DNA from: the human T2T-CHM13v2.0 reference genome, Homo sapiens
Length of the DNA stretch: 64,000 nt
Assembly (NCBI RefSeq): GCF_009914755.1
Contig: NC_060927.1
Strand: one strand, 5' to 3'
In this document: positions 1 to 15,279 of the stretch, piece by piece
How positions within the stretch are numbered: the stretch's first letter is position 1
How the letters are laid out: every line of letters starts with the position of its first letter
Notes under the pieces: model-generated
Told to the model about the DNA's origin: nothing
What the model saw: only the letters and a program-made list of their open reading frames with translations
The model's database searches: none
Program-made: the position numbers and the translations under genes

Positions 1-519
1 AAACAGGGAAGAGGAGAATAAATGGTTGTTGATTTTGCACGCATTTCAAGAATATGCTATCTAATAGCATAAGTGTTTTTAGATAATTGTTTATTTGAAA
101 GTCATAGTTTTAAATTATAAAGGGAAATATTGCTCAATTCACTTTCTGGTAATGATTTGCAGTCCTCGTAAACCAGAAAATACTTCATTCAGGACTAAGC
201 TAAGTTTTCAAAATTTAAAATAAATAACAAAGTATTAAATGTGCCTAAATAGGAAACTATTTGAACTAAAATACACAGCCATTTCTTAATTTATAGATTG
301 ATGACTGTGTTCATATGCTCACTAAAGAGTTAGGATTTTAACACCAATCATTCTGTTGTTGACACTCATAAGACATTGATTTTACCATGTGATTTTAGAA
401 TTTACTAAAACCCATATTATTGGCTCTTAAAAACACATATTTGACTTGGAACTACAGTTCTGACCAAAATTATAAACCTTAAATGTCCTGAGAAGTTGAT
501 GTGTTAAAATTGAGAGACT

Positions 520-856
520 TTTATTAGTTTGTTCTCACGCCGCTATGAAGAAATACCCGAGACTGGGTAATTTATAAAGAAAAGAAGTTTAATTGACTCA
601 CAGTTTCACATGGCTGGGGAGTCCTCAGGAAACTTATAATCATGGCAGAAGGCACCTCCTCACAGGGTGATAGGAGAAGGGGAAAAGCCCCTTACAAAAC
701 CATCAGCTCTCATGAGCATTCACTCACCACCAGGAGAACAGCATGGGGGAAACCATTCCCACGATTCAATTACCTCCACCTGGTCCCACCCTTGACACCT
801 GGGGATTATTACAATTCAAGGTGAGATTTGGGTGGAGACACAGCCAAACCATATCA
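520..856 (-). mobile_element. THE1C-like MaLR solo LTR
   Basis: Runs from T(G)TATTAG to CCAAACCATATCA with the THE1 body (GAAATACCCGAGACTGGGTAATTTATAAAG). Perfect 5-bp TSD AGACT at 515-519 and 857-861. Confidence 0.92.
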
Positions 857-1306
857 AGACTCAAGTGCACTTTGAAGGTATATGTAAGGTCCATCTCTGT
901 GAGACCAGTTTCTGGACTTGTGTGATAACAGAATTAGTATAATGGACAAGGAGCTACCCCCACAGGCAGTAGAAAAGTGGAGAGAGAAAAAGAACAAAAG
1001 CCCTGTGGGTAGATTCTTTAAAACAAAAAGTGGAGTGGTGGGTGAACTGATCCTTATTATCCAGCCTCTGCTGTTACCAGGTTGCACAGAGAATCAGCAT
1101 CATGGGAATATGAAAATATTCACCAATGAACTGACCACTTATAAAATTAGGCCCCACTCAAACATTCCTTGCTACACAATGCTAGTATCTAGCTGGGCCC
1201 AATATGTCAACATTGTCAGCTAATCTCTGATTCACTCATCAACCTTGTAAACGTCTGAAAATGTCGTGTAAATCCATTGCACATTTATTCCATAGTGCGG
1301 TACTCA

Positions 1307-1639
<333 letters not shown>

Positions 1640-1749
1640 TCAGTGTTTTTTGATGTCTGTAAACACACATTAGGAACAAACGTAGACCTTCCTCTTTCCC
1701 CTGCCCCACCTCAACACACCTCTCTGCCAAGAATAAGATATTAGGAATT

Positions 1750-2290
1750 GTACTGGTCAGGTTTCTTAGCTACAAACAACTGAGTCCACTCAGAATTTCA
1801 AGCAGAGCAGAAAGTTCACATTATCATCAAAAGAATCATAGAAACAGTCTCAAAGCTCATTTTCCTGGAATAAGAGCCAAAACCTCGCCTCAGAAATGGC
1901 CAGTGAGAAATCTACTGCTATTATTGCCACCAAGACTAAGCACTAAATGCAGGTACTTGAACTTAATGCAGTCACCGCTGTTGTGAGCACTTCAGATACA
2001 TTTCTGCCCTGGGAAATTCAACCTTACCACACTCCTGCCCCAAAGGCCAGACAGCCTATTGCCTCCTACAGAATAAGAGAATCACAGAACCTCTTTGCTC
2101 ACGGTGATCTCTTGATCAAACTCTCATGCAAGCCTATATGATTGGTAGTGTCCATGTCACATGACTTGCAGTGTCTCAGCCACAAGGGAGGCTGGGAATT
2201 CAGCACTATTAGAAGATGAGGTTACATAATATAGAAATATCTCCAAATATTAAAAGGCTACTAAAACAAAATGGGCAGGCACAAGTGTGA
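1750..2290 (-). mobile_element. Old MLT1-type MaLR LTR fragment
   Basis: GTCAGGTTTCTTAGCTACAAACAAC start and GATTGG...GTCACATG...GGGAGGCTGGGAA motifs typical of MLT1J/K/L. Confidence 0.5.
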
Positions 2291-2584
2291 TTAATGTCCA
2301 TGATAAGGATCTACAAAGTTCAATTAGCCTGTCTCCTTGCATCCCTTTGCTGAGGAAAGCAGCCCCAAGGAGGTCTTGATATATGAAGTTGCAGAGTTAA
2401 TAGGATGTGTTGAATGAAACCAGTTCCACTCACCTGTCCACCTTGGACTGGGTCAGGCATTTTGTTTGAGTCAAAGGCAAGCACATGAAAGCGGGCCAAG
2501 CTGAACACAAGGAAATCAGCTGCTGCTTCTTGGTGTGGAATGAAACTTTGTTTAGTGGAGTCTCTCCATAATGAATCGTCATTA

Positions 2585-2730
2585 TCATCATCATCTCAGA
2601 CTTTTACTGAGCATTTATTATACACCTGGAACTGTGCTAAGTGCTTTACAAACAATATTTTGTATAATTCTCTAAACAAACTTACGGGGTAAGAACAAGT
2701 ATCATCATTTTACAGGTGAAGATTCTGAGA
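2585..2730 (-). mobile_element. MIR fragment (continues near 3730-3780 after the Alu cluster)
   Basis: TTTACTGAGCATTTA...TGTGCTAAGTGCTTTACA...CATTTTACAGGTGAAGA MIR core. Confidence 0.7.
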
Positions 2731-2737
2731 TTTATAA

Positions 2738-3370
<633 letters not shown>

Positions 3371-3379
3371 TAAGACCTA

Positions 3380-3748
<369 letters not shown>

Positions 3749-3854
3749 CTAACTGGAAAACTCAGGGTTTTCATCAGTACTGCATGAAAATCCATTAGAG
3801 CCTTTCTGGGAATTCAGGAATGCTCAGTACACATGGAGACGGCATGAACAGACA

Positions 3855-4100
3855 TATGCTGTTTATCTACTCAGCATCCCTTCCTTGGGGAGCCACCCTT
3901 CCCTATGCCGTGTGCTTCTGTGAGCACTGATTCCATTCACTGCTTCTCCAGCCCCCAGTGGGACATGTGACCAGGGGCTGTCCAATCAGCGAGCTCTCCC
4001 TACTACTCTGGAGATGTTGCCTAAGAGGTTCTTTGCTTTTCTTTCTTCTGGAAGTAGCATGTAAGCAAATATATTCCTGGGAAAGAGGACCAAGCCTGAG
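3855..4100 (+). mobile_element. MLT1-type LTR fragment
   Basis: CAGCATCCCTTCC...GGACATGTGACCAGG...CCAATCAG motifs. Confidence 0.5.
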
Positions 4101-4261
4101 GTGAATGCTTCAGAACAACAGGTCACCCCACTTCCACATGGCAATAAGCCTTTAAGAATTTGGAAAAGACTGTTGAGAGAACCCAGGGTTCTACCATGTC
4201 AAACAGAGACAACTTGGGTGTGAGAAGAGCTGTAAGGACAAGTGCTACAAAATATTACCTT

Positions 4262-4666
<405 letters not shown>

Positions 4667-4760
4667 CCTTGACAGTAAAAAAAAAAACAACAAAAAAAAA
4701 AACAACGTGTGGGCCATTGATGGTAATGAGGACCATGGAGTAAAAGCACTACTAACAACA

Positions 4761-5062
4761 GGCCGGGCGCGGTGGCTCAAGCCTGTAATCTCAGCACTTT
4801 GGGAGGCCGAGGCGGGTGGATCACGAGGTCAGGAAATCGAGACCATCCTGGCTAACACGATGAAACCCCATCTCTACTAAAAGATACAAAAAACTAGCCG
4901 GGCATGATGGCGGGCGCCTGTAGTCCCAGCTACTCGGGAGGCTGAGGCAAGAGAATGGCGTGAACCAGGGAGGCGGAGTTGCAGTGAGCCGAGATCGCGC
5001 CACTGCACTCCAGCTTGGGCCACTCCAGCTTGAGACTCCGTATCAAAAAAAAAAAAAAAAAA
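4761..5062 (+). mobile_element. AluY
   Basis: Diagnostic GACCATCCTGGCTAACACG and AATGGCGTGAACC, CpG-rich. TSD-like ACTACTAACAA on both sides. Confidence 0.93.
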
Positions 5063-5185
5063 GAAGAAGTACTACTAACAAAGATACCAAATCAAACCAA
5101 AACTTCTTGGAATTGTTTTATTATGTTGACTTTTGGGGATGAACCTTTGCCTATAAAAGTGATTTGTATCAACTGCAGGTAATAG

Positions 5186-5529
<344 letters not shown>

Positions 5530-7744
5530 CATCATATTTAAAGAACCTCATCCAACAGATTGACTCCTTTAGCCAGTTGGATGCTTTTGTAGCTAATTCA
5601 TCTGGCTTTCTCACCAGGACTCAATGTTACTCATAACCATGAGTCATGCTAAGATGGTAGTTGTCTGCAAGGCAGGCAATGAAATAGGGCCATCGGGGAA
5701 GTGCTGGGATGTTAAAAATGAGGAGAATGCCACCAAGAGTGGCTGCCTAACAAGGGGCCAGGAGTCTGGAGCAAGAAATATCAAAAACACCAGAGGATAT
5801 CAGCCCAGATCCCTTTTATCCCAGACTGCCTTGGGGTCCCTGTGCTCTCCTCACTCACTGATTCTCAAAGCTTGGGGCAAGAGCTTGGCATCAGCGCCTG
5901 AACCCTAACCCACGCCAAGAAATGAAACTGACGCTCTCTCCAGTTTTGCTCTATGGTCTTCCGTCATCATTAAACCATCTCTTCTTTTTGTTTTCAAGTA
6001 AAAATTTCCTTAAGTATAAAGGAAATACCTGCTCCTTATATAAAATCTGGAAACTATTTAAAAAAGAGAAAAAAGAAAATGACCCTTAACTTTGCCACCC
6101 AAAGACAGTACTAGTGCCACTTTAGTCCCCTTTCTTTCCAATGTCTCTTCTATGATAAAAGTATTATCCAGGGATTTGAAGAGTTTATTTTAGTTCTAAG
6201 TTCTTCTGGGTCTTTGCTTTTGGAAAAGCCACCAATTAAAACAATCAATAATAATGATTTTAGTGTCAACATTACCGTAATAAGACACTGGCTTAGAATG
6301 AGAGGAATGATAGTGGATCTTTTTCTATCTTAGCTCCATTCACAAATAACTTCCTGTTTACTCATTGGTCTTCTAAAGTGCCATTTGGAGAATACCATTC
6401 TAATCATAGGCAGAGATAACAATCTACCTCAATTCAAATTGCTGTTTATTTGTTCCTCAAGGAAAAGGTTTACATTCATTACTCACTAAACAACTGAACT
6501 GGTTTGTTGTGTGTTACAAGATTGCTTAAGGGTTGTACTTCTGAAAAAGTAAGCTAACTACCTAACAGGCATTATCCAAATAAATGTTACATGCAAACAA
6601 AGTCTTTAGAACTATGAGACTGTGTAATTTATAGATTCTTTAAAGTTCTGAGTGTAACAGAGAACTAACTGCAAAATTTACATATATACACATACACCTG
6701 TGTATATTTACATGTTTGTATATATACACATGTATACACATGATCATGGCTATGAACACAGTCCTAAAACCATTATATTAATAAAACTAGTTTAATGTAT
6801 GTGCCTTGAGTCTTGTCCTCAAATTCTGAAAACATTTTAAGTCCTATAAACGCTTTTAAAATAAACCCAACATAAGCTTTATTTTCCTAAGAAATAAGTA
6901 GAACCCTGAATATGTATTTTTTTTCCTGCTAAGATAGTTGCAAAAGATCTATATGGGAAAGCATCATTCTAAGTAAATTCTAAGTGAAGCCAAAATGCTT
7001 GAATATCAAAGTATATTTATTTTGGGTATTAAATGGTTATTAATTTTTAAAAACAGCAAGAGACTTACCCATTTGATTGAATTTGATAGGATTATAGCTC
7101 ATCATCGAGACTAGAGCTTTTTCTCAGAGACACTGGAATTGATGCTTCTTAACAGGGACATATTTGCCAGATGCTAATGACAGGAGTATCCTGGCCCGCT
7201 GTGTAGGACTAATTGTACAAATAGGAAGTTGGAGCAACAGAAGCACTGTCTCTGCCTGGAGCTGGCAGTTGTCTCTGTTTTCTCAATTGGTAATGTTTCC
7301 ATTGGCAGTATCTAGAGAATTTTTTGTTTGTTTCATTTTCCTTTTACCTTGGAGGTATATTTAGGTGTTGTTTATATGTACTGGGTATTCTGAGCAAAAT
7401 AACAGGCATATAAATATATGTATAATGTACACATACACATTACTTCCCACGTATTAGCTTTTATGCATATTAGATATGGATACATGTATAAATGTGTGTA
7501 TGCATCTGTGTGTGCATCTGTGCCTCTCCCAGACAATGCTGGAGACACACGCAAATTTTCACTCTTTGAAACTCCTTTCTCTAAATTCCAGACTGACCAC
7601 CCTTTTCTCCCTACATATTTCCTTCTAATGCTATGGCTTTTTTTTTTTTTAACATTCACTGAGACTTCTTTAGATTTTTAAGTCCCAGCTAATCCAAAAA
7701 TCATTCCTTTTCCCTCCCTCTCTCTGCTCCTCCCTCCCTCCCTT

Positions 7745-7845
7745 TCTTCCACAAGTTATCAAGAGCCTACTCTATGCCAAGTGCTGCACTAGGCACTGTA
7801 GATAACAGTGTTGGTTAGAAGAGACCTGGTTCTTGCCCTTACTGT
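7745..7845 (-). mobile_element. L2 3' fragment
   Basis: GAGCCTACTCTATGCCAAGTGCTGCACTAGGCACTG L2 3'-end motif. Confidence 0.6.
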
Positions 7846-7894
7846 TGAGAATGCTCTTTAAGGTTATTTCTTCAATTAGTCTCATTCATTTTGT

Positions 7895-8380
7895 ATTGTG
7901 TTGATTTGGGTCTTCTGAAAAGCAGACACCAGTACAGAATTTGATTCTGCAAGAGATCAATGTGCAAGAGACGTATCAGGGGAAAGGTCTATGGAGGACA
8001 AAGGGAAGAAGAACCGTGAGTAGGTGGAGCCTGGAACTGCAATGCAGGTCTGACACCTGTGAGAGGAGTTAGGGAAAGAAGGGGGTTTGGGCTGGAAGTG
8101 CTTCAGATCATAGTGCAGCCCTGAGTAAAATATTGGCCAGGGCAATGAGGAGCTCTAGCAAAGATGGCCTGCTAGAGGAGACCTGTGTTGTGGAGGAGCC
8201 ACCTGGCTCTGGTACCCCTGCCTTGTTCAGTCATTGGCTGGGCAGCCTGGCTAGAGTATGGCTTGGCATGTGTGATGCAGCAGATCCCAAGAGTGTGGCA
8301 GATGGAGGCTGCCAACTAATGACAGTCCTTTGGCAGATTCTGTCTTGGAGGAGATCTATGTGGTACACTCCCTTGGCTGT
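7895..8380 (-). mobile_element. Old ERVL-class LTR (LTR16/33/40-like)
   Basis: TTGGGTCTTCTGAAAAGCAGAC...GCAGGTCTGACACCTGTGA...CAGTCATTGGCTGGG resembles ERVL LTR consensus; subfamily uncertain. Confidence 0.55.
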
Positions 8381-8744
8381 CATATGGTTGGATTTTAGGG
8401 TTTTATTCTCAGAGGCAACTTTATTTTCAAGTTCTCGGTATAGGTGGAAGTAGAGTGGGAGGGCTGCCCGCATGTAAAGACTACAGCTATCAAGAATTGA
8501 ACTTTGTGACACTCACACAAGATTATGCTTGAGTGCTTACTGGTTTTATGAGGGAGGTCACTACATTGTGTTATTTCAATACTATATTGAAAGTGTATGT
8601 GGGATGTTATGGTCCTTCCTGGTATCACAAATATAGGGATATCTTTGGACTGCATTTCTCCTTTTCTTAAAACAAAACAAAACAAAACCCCTTACACTAT
8701 TATTAACAACAAAAGACTTGTAGCAGAGGAAAATAAAGATCAAG

Positions 8745-9416
8745 TGTCTTAGTCTGTTTGGGCTGCTATAACAAAAATACCATATATTGAGTGTCTTAGG
8801 GACAATACACATCTCCCTCACAGTTCTAGAGGCTGGGAAGTTCCAGATCAAGGTGCTGGCAGATTCTGTGCCTGGTGAGGGCCTGTTCCTCACAGACAGC
8901 CCCTTCTCACCGAGTCCTCACATGGTGGAACAGGCAAGGCAGCTCTCTGGGGCCCCTATTTATTATTATGTTTTTGAGACAGGGTCTCACTTTGTCACCC
9001 AGCCAGGAGCACAGTGTTGTGAACATTGCTCACTGCAGCCTCAACCTCCCAGGCCCATGCAATCCTCCCACCACAGCCCCACAAGTAGTTAGCTAGGAAT
9101 ACAGGCACACACCACTACTCCTGGCAATTTTTTTTTTTTTGTATTTTTTGTAGAGACAGGGTTTTGCCATGTTGCCCAGGGTGGTCTCAAACTCCTGAGC
9201 TAAAGTGATCCCCCTGCCTTGGCCTCCCAAACTGCTGAAATTACAGGCATGAGCCACTGTGCCTGGCCTGGGGCTTCTTTTATAAGGACATGAATTCTAT
9301 TCATGAGGGCTCCACCCTCATTCCCTAATCACCGAAAGGACCCACCTCCTGATACCCTGAGGATTAGGATTTTCACATGTGAATTTTGGGGGGACATAAA
9401 CATTCAGACTGCAGCA
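8745..9416 (-). mobile_element. MLT1A-type solo LTR interrupted by AluJ
   Basis: TGTCTTAGTCTGTTTGGGCTGCTATAACAAAA to AAACATTCAGACTGCAGCA. TSD TCAAG/CCAAG. Confidence 0.85.
8958..9268 (-). mobile_element. AluJ inside MLT1A
   Basis: Alu consensus flanked by TGGGGC repeats. Confidence 0.9.
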
Positions 9417-9972
9417 CCAAGCAGGAAAAAATGAATTTAAAAAGAGAAACTACAAAACCATGTGATTATCTCCAGAGTAATTACCCAACTGCACTTGACT
9501 GAACCCTTCCTCCAAGTTGTCATCTCATCAAAGATAGTTCTTGCAGATCTGAAAACTTAAGTAGTTCAAAGTATCTTAACCAGAAACATACCAGGTAAAT
9601 AACTCTCTATCTTCCAAATTATTACTACCAAACAAATTTTGTAATAGCAAAACCAACAATTAACTGAACTTTTCAGGGCATAAGGAAAATAAAGGAATCA
9701 TTAAATGTTCAAGTGGGTAGTTATTTCAGATGAAGATCTGGTAGTTGGACTTTTTTTTTTTAATCTCTGCAAAAAAGCACTACAGTAACAAAATAAACTT
9801 TTTCTTGGCTTCCAAAAGAGGAACTATGAGAACATTAGACACAATAAGTAGCCAAGAAAGTGATCAGATCTTCCTAAATTGTTTTTTTCTTGAAGTTGAA
9901 TCTCCACTTATCCAAAATACTAGCTCCATTACGTTCATTTTGAAACATAATAATGATTACCTTAATATTGTT

Positions 9973-10101
9973 CTAAGAAACAGTAAATTCCAACACTTAA
10001 GTATAACACAGCTAATTATCTAGATGCTGTCCAATACAGTAGCTATAGCATCTAGATAATTAGCTGTGTTATACTAAGTGTTGGAATTTACTGTTTCTTA
10101 G
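9973..10101. repeat. Near-perfect inverted repeat (56/55-bp arms, 18-nt loop)
   Basis: 9973-10028 is the reverse complement of 10047-10101 apart from one 1-bp indel. Confidence 0.97.
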
Positions 10102-10228
10102 CTACAAGTGGCTATTCAATTTAAACTTACATTAATTAAAATAAGGTTTTAAAAAAATTAGTTCCTCAGTTGTGCTAGTCACATTTCAAATGTCCCAAGA
10201 GCCACAGGTACTGGACAATGCTGATCCA
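10022..10228. mobile_element. MER3 (hAT-Charlie) interrupted by the inverted duplication
   Basis: GCTGTCCAATACAGTAGC ... GTGGCTATT ... AGTTCCTCAGTTGTGCTAGTCACATTTCAAATG ... TACTGGACAATGCTG match MER3. Confidence 0.8.
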
Positions 10229-10531
10229 GAGGAAGGATTGGACTTCTAAGCTAAATTAGCTGGTATACTGGAGAGTCAAACAGCTTCTCACTTATAAATG
10301 GTTAAACAATAAGTTTGACCTTAGCAAATGCTTTTAACTTCTCTCTTTGCTATGAGAACTCCTTTCCCCCTTTCCTTTTTCCCTTGGTCCTTCCTTCCCT
10401 TTCTTGGTTTATTCTTTTGTTTTCTGGTGAGAAAACAAAAAAACTCCTAAACATTCACAACAGGATTAGCCTTCCCCTCTCACATTTGGGGTTTAAAGCC
10501 CAAAGGAAAAGACAGATCAGTTAGAGTTTCA

Positions 10532-10870
<339 letters not shown>

Positions 10871-11287
10871 CTAGGGATCCATACCCTTCCTCTTGGAAAT
10901 GAGCTTTCACCTAGGTTAAATCCAATGTTTTAGAATTAAACAAGATCATATCATCTTAATTCTATGTTTTACTTATCCAAGTAAAAAAAAAAGACCTTAG
11001 AGCTACAAAACATGAAAAATATATTTGAAAGTTAAGAAAAATAGCTTTAATTATATTTTCAGAGGAGATTTTAAAAATCAATTACGTTTTCCTAAAGACA
11101 TATTCCTAAAATTTTACAATATGTAAAAAATATGATCATTTTAAAGATTCAGAAATAATTTTATATTTAGTATGATCAAATGTCATGTCTACTAGTGACA
11201 CTGATGCATAGTAATAGAATCTTACCCATCACACCAGATACTAATTTTAATCAAGTAATCTTTACGTGAGTAGAAACATTCATTCAC

Positions 11288-11578
<291 letters not shown>

Positions 11579-11845
11579 TTCATTCACTTTATCGATTGTG
11601 CAGCATATGTGAATCTTACAGTTATAGATCAAGATGTCTCAGAAATGGGACTTTCTTTATTCCTCTATAACTGAAACTAAACCATCTCTCAAGCCCCAGA
11701 TAGCAGAAAATCTATTCTTGCCAAATGACTCTAAACTGAATAATTTCCAGATTCTTCTCAGTTTATTTTGGATAATAACTCAGGCAATTCAGTCATATCC
11801 TGGGTTGGTACACTTCCCTTCTCTTCTCTTTCTCCAAGGGGCGAT

Positions 11846-12230
11846 CTCATTTATTCATTCATCAAATATTTATTGAGCTCCGCTTATGCACCAGGAACTA
11901 TAGTAGTGGGGGTATAGCAGTAAAGAAGAAAAATTCTTGCTCTTGAGGAGTATATGTTCCAATGGGAAGATGAACAATAAGGAAGCAAACAAATACATGA
12001 AAAATATCTTCAGTGATAAACACTCTGTAGAGAATTAAAACAATGTGGTGTGATAAAGAAGCCTGGGTGAGCAGGGAGTCCTTACTGTGGTAGTATTTAG
12101 ACTGAGAGCTGAACAATAAAAGAATAAGAAAGGGAAAAGAGCCCTTCAGGTGAAGGGAACAGCAAGCAAAAAGACTCAAGTCGACCGTGAGAAAGAGCTT
12201 GGATTGTAAAAAGTTTCTGAAGGCTTGCAA
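11846..12230 (-). mobile_element. L2 3' fragment
   Basis: TTCATTCATCAAATATTTATTGAG terminus followed by L2 body. Confidence 0.75.
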
Positions 12231-13052
12231 GGTCTCCAGCCACCAGCAAAAGGGACACTGCCTCTCCTCCCTGACCCTGAGCAAAGCACAAGGCTGCCTC
12301 AATAAGAGAGGGACCTGGGAAACTAGAAAATTCTAGGAAAAAAAATTCAACATTATCTTAGAGTTATACAAAAATAAAAAATCTTTGATAAGCTTGTGCA
12401 TTTCTTATCTTTTATTTTCCATTCCTTGCCTTTCTTATTTTTGGGGTTTAGTAGAAAATAAAAAGGGTAGTAGGAAAGTCTAAATCGAGCTTGATAATAG
12501 CGTAATTTGAAGGAAGACACAAGAGGACCCTTTTTCTTGATGGGAACATTGTCTTTCAATTGAGCACCCAAAAAGACAACACATATCACAGAGTTGTTTG
12601 GGACCTCCTTTATGTTAATGTGATTTTTAAAAACGTGTCACAAATAAATGAACTAATGTATTCTTTATATTCTTTAAAAAGTTTTTATTCCTTGAGGATG
12701 TGTCATCTATCCATTCCATTTGTCCATCTGTCCGTTCATCCACCGTTGGGCAGATTTAATTGAACGTTCAAAGGTGAGCTCCTCTTCCAGTCAGTCTTCT
12801 GTGATTTCTTCAGCCCTCATTTATCTCTCTTCCCTCAGAATCTCTATAGCTCTTTCTTCACACTGCACAATTTAGCACCTTATGATGTGTTAATGTACAT
12901 TATCCATTCTGATCATCACAAAGGTGGCAAGAATTAGACAGGGTAGATATGGCTATATTCCTATTTTAATAATGAGGAAGCCATGGCCCAGAGTATTGAC
13001 ATACATGAATATTCTGTTATTCTAGTAAATATGCATCTGCCTACTTTCTTAC

Positions 13053-13256
13053 AAAGTTAAACATATACTTTTGACTTGGAGATCCCACTCCTAGGTAATT
13101 TGCCCAAGAGAAATAAAAACATATGTCCACACAAAGACTTGTACACAAATGCTGATTGTAGCTTTATTCATAACAGCTAAAAGCTGAAATAGCCCTCGTG
13201 TTTATCAATAGAATAGATAAACAAGCTGTGGTATATGTATACAATGGAAAACATTA
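13053..13256 (+). mobile_element. L1M fragment (end of ORF2)
   Basis: ATCCCACTCCTAGGTA...AAAACATATGTCCACACAAAGACTTGTACACAAATG. Confidence 0.85.
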
Positions 13257-13260
13257 TACT

Positions 13261-13558
<298 letters not shown>

Positions 13559-14049
13559 CAACAACAAACAAACATATATATACATATATAACTGAGGTGG
13601 CCCTACCTGTGGCCTGGCCTTGGTAAACACTGGGACAGAGGGGTGAGTTGGTGGTAGAGCAGGAGAGGAGAGAAGGAGGCAGGGACTATGTCTGGGTCTG
13701 TGGGTAAGCCAGGGCTCCCTGAGAGTTGGGGAGCCTCTCAAGACTGCAGCACTTGCTGGCTTCCTTCAGAGGCTGAGGCTCTCCAGTGGAAAGGAAGTGA
13801 AAATTTTCCCAAAGTGTGGACTCCAGAGAAGATGGCTGCTTACAAGTGAGATGACAGAAATCGGTCCTTCTGGAGAATCTGACTTGGTGCTGGTCACTTG
13901 GAGCCCTATGGTGTTGAGCTGCTCCAGATTCCTGGTGACAGCAAGACTGGTGCTGAGACGAAGGTTTGTTGTCAACGCTCCCTTCTTGTAAGAACAGTGC
14001 CCAGATTGTCCTTTTGGACTCTTAGAGCAAGTTGTCCTGGTGAGGACAG

Positions 14050-14450
14050 CTCCACCCATCTCTAAGTGGGAGCGATGACTCAGGCCACAGTTAATCAGAG
14101 CTTCACCCTGCCTAGCCACAGGGATTTCTTCAGGGGCATATGACTGCCACCTCCCCAGAGCCACTGGGATGCTGTGAGACATTTTCTGAAACAGTGGCAT
14201 GTGGTAGTATTCTTTCCTCTAAAGCCGAGACTTGAGACGATACAGGGTCAAATCTGCTGTCGCCATCTTGAGAGCACTGGGGCCACCGCAGAGGAAATGG
14301 ATAAGAGACAGAGAGAAACCAGCCATGCCTAACAGGTCTACTCTTGGGCGTTTTGTTGTTGTTGTTGTTTTCTCACTCAGTTCCCCAACAAGTTTACTTC
14401 TTGCTTAAACCCACTGGGGTCGGATTTTCTGTTACATGAGGCTGAAGTTG
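14050..14450 (+). mobile_element. MLT1J/K-like LTR
   Basis: TAATCAGAGC..CCTAGCCACAGGGAT, GCCATCTTG, CCAGCCATGCCT and TTGCTTAAACCCA..TTTTCTGTTAC in MLT1 order. Confidence 0.65.
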
Positions 14451-14519
14451 GCAAGTTCCTGTTACTGCCTCTATCTGGAATTCCCCTATGTGGTCACATC
14501 CCCATCTACTGGCAAAGAC

Positions 14520-14820
14520 CTTCATCTCTTTCAAGACTCACTTTAAGCACCGACCACCTGTATGCCTTTCCTACCCGCTGCCTCTCATGGCACTGATTCC
14601 TCCTTTATTTTCCCCCATTGTACTCTGTACACACTTTTATCATAGCACCTAAATTATTTGAAACCCCTTGTTTCTATGGGTATGGGTTTCTGTCTATAAG
14701 ATCATCAATCTGTTGAAGGTAGGGGCTATTTGTGGGCTTTGTGTCTTCAGAGTCTAGCCCAGTGTCTGACACATGGTAGGTTTATGACTAGTATTTGTTG
14801 CATGAATGAATGAATGGATG
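14520..14820 (+). mobile_element. L2 3' end
   Basis: CAGTGTCTGACACATGGTAGG...TATTTGTTGCATGAATGAATGAATG. Confidence 0.7.
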
Positions 14821-15279
14821 AGGCAAGAGCCTGCCCCTAAGTTTTGTTAATAAAAGATATTCACATCTCAGCAGGTAAACACAGTGAGGCCTTGAAGAAC
14901 TTGGAATGGATAATGGAAGGAACCAATCTACTTGTCAGTTGGTCTGTCTCAATGTCCTTGGGCATCACTCAACACTGGGACTCCCAGGCCAGGAGAATGA
15001 TTCATGCTTAGGAGCAGAAAGTTCAGAGCTGTTTAAATGCTACCTGTACCCAGCACTGATTTTTGTAGCAACTATTGCCGAACTGCTCCCAGGTAGGGAG
15101 CTCAGTGGCTGGCTCTGGACAACCAGAGGCATAAAACTGAGGAAATGAAATGGGAGCTGATGAAGCAGTTTCTAAGCATTTAATACATTCTTTTTGATCA
15201 TTTGAATTTGTTTCTTATAGGCATTTTTTTCTCTCCATTAATATGAGAAACTGTGTAGGGTTGTAAATATGACCAATAG

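Noticed and set aside
13766-14297. 144-aa minus-strand ORF with upstream CAAGATGGCG, which looked like the start of a retrocopied mRNA
   Set aside because: The GCCATCTTG motif and 14050-14450 fit a plus-strand MLT1J/K LTR. The peptide resembles no protein I recognise and there is no retrocopy poly-A or TSD.
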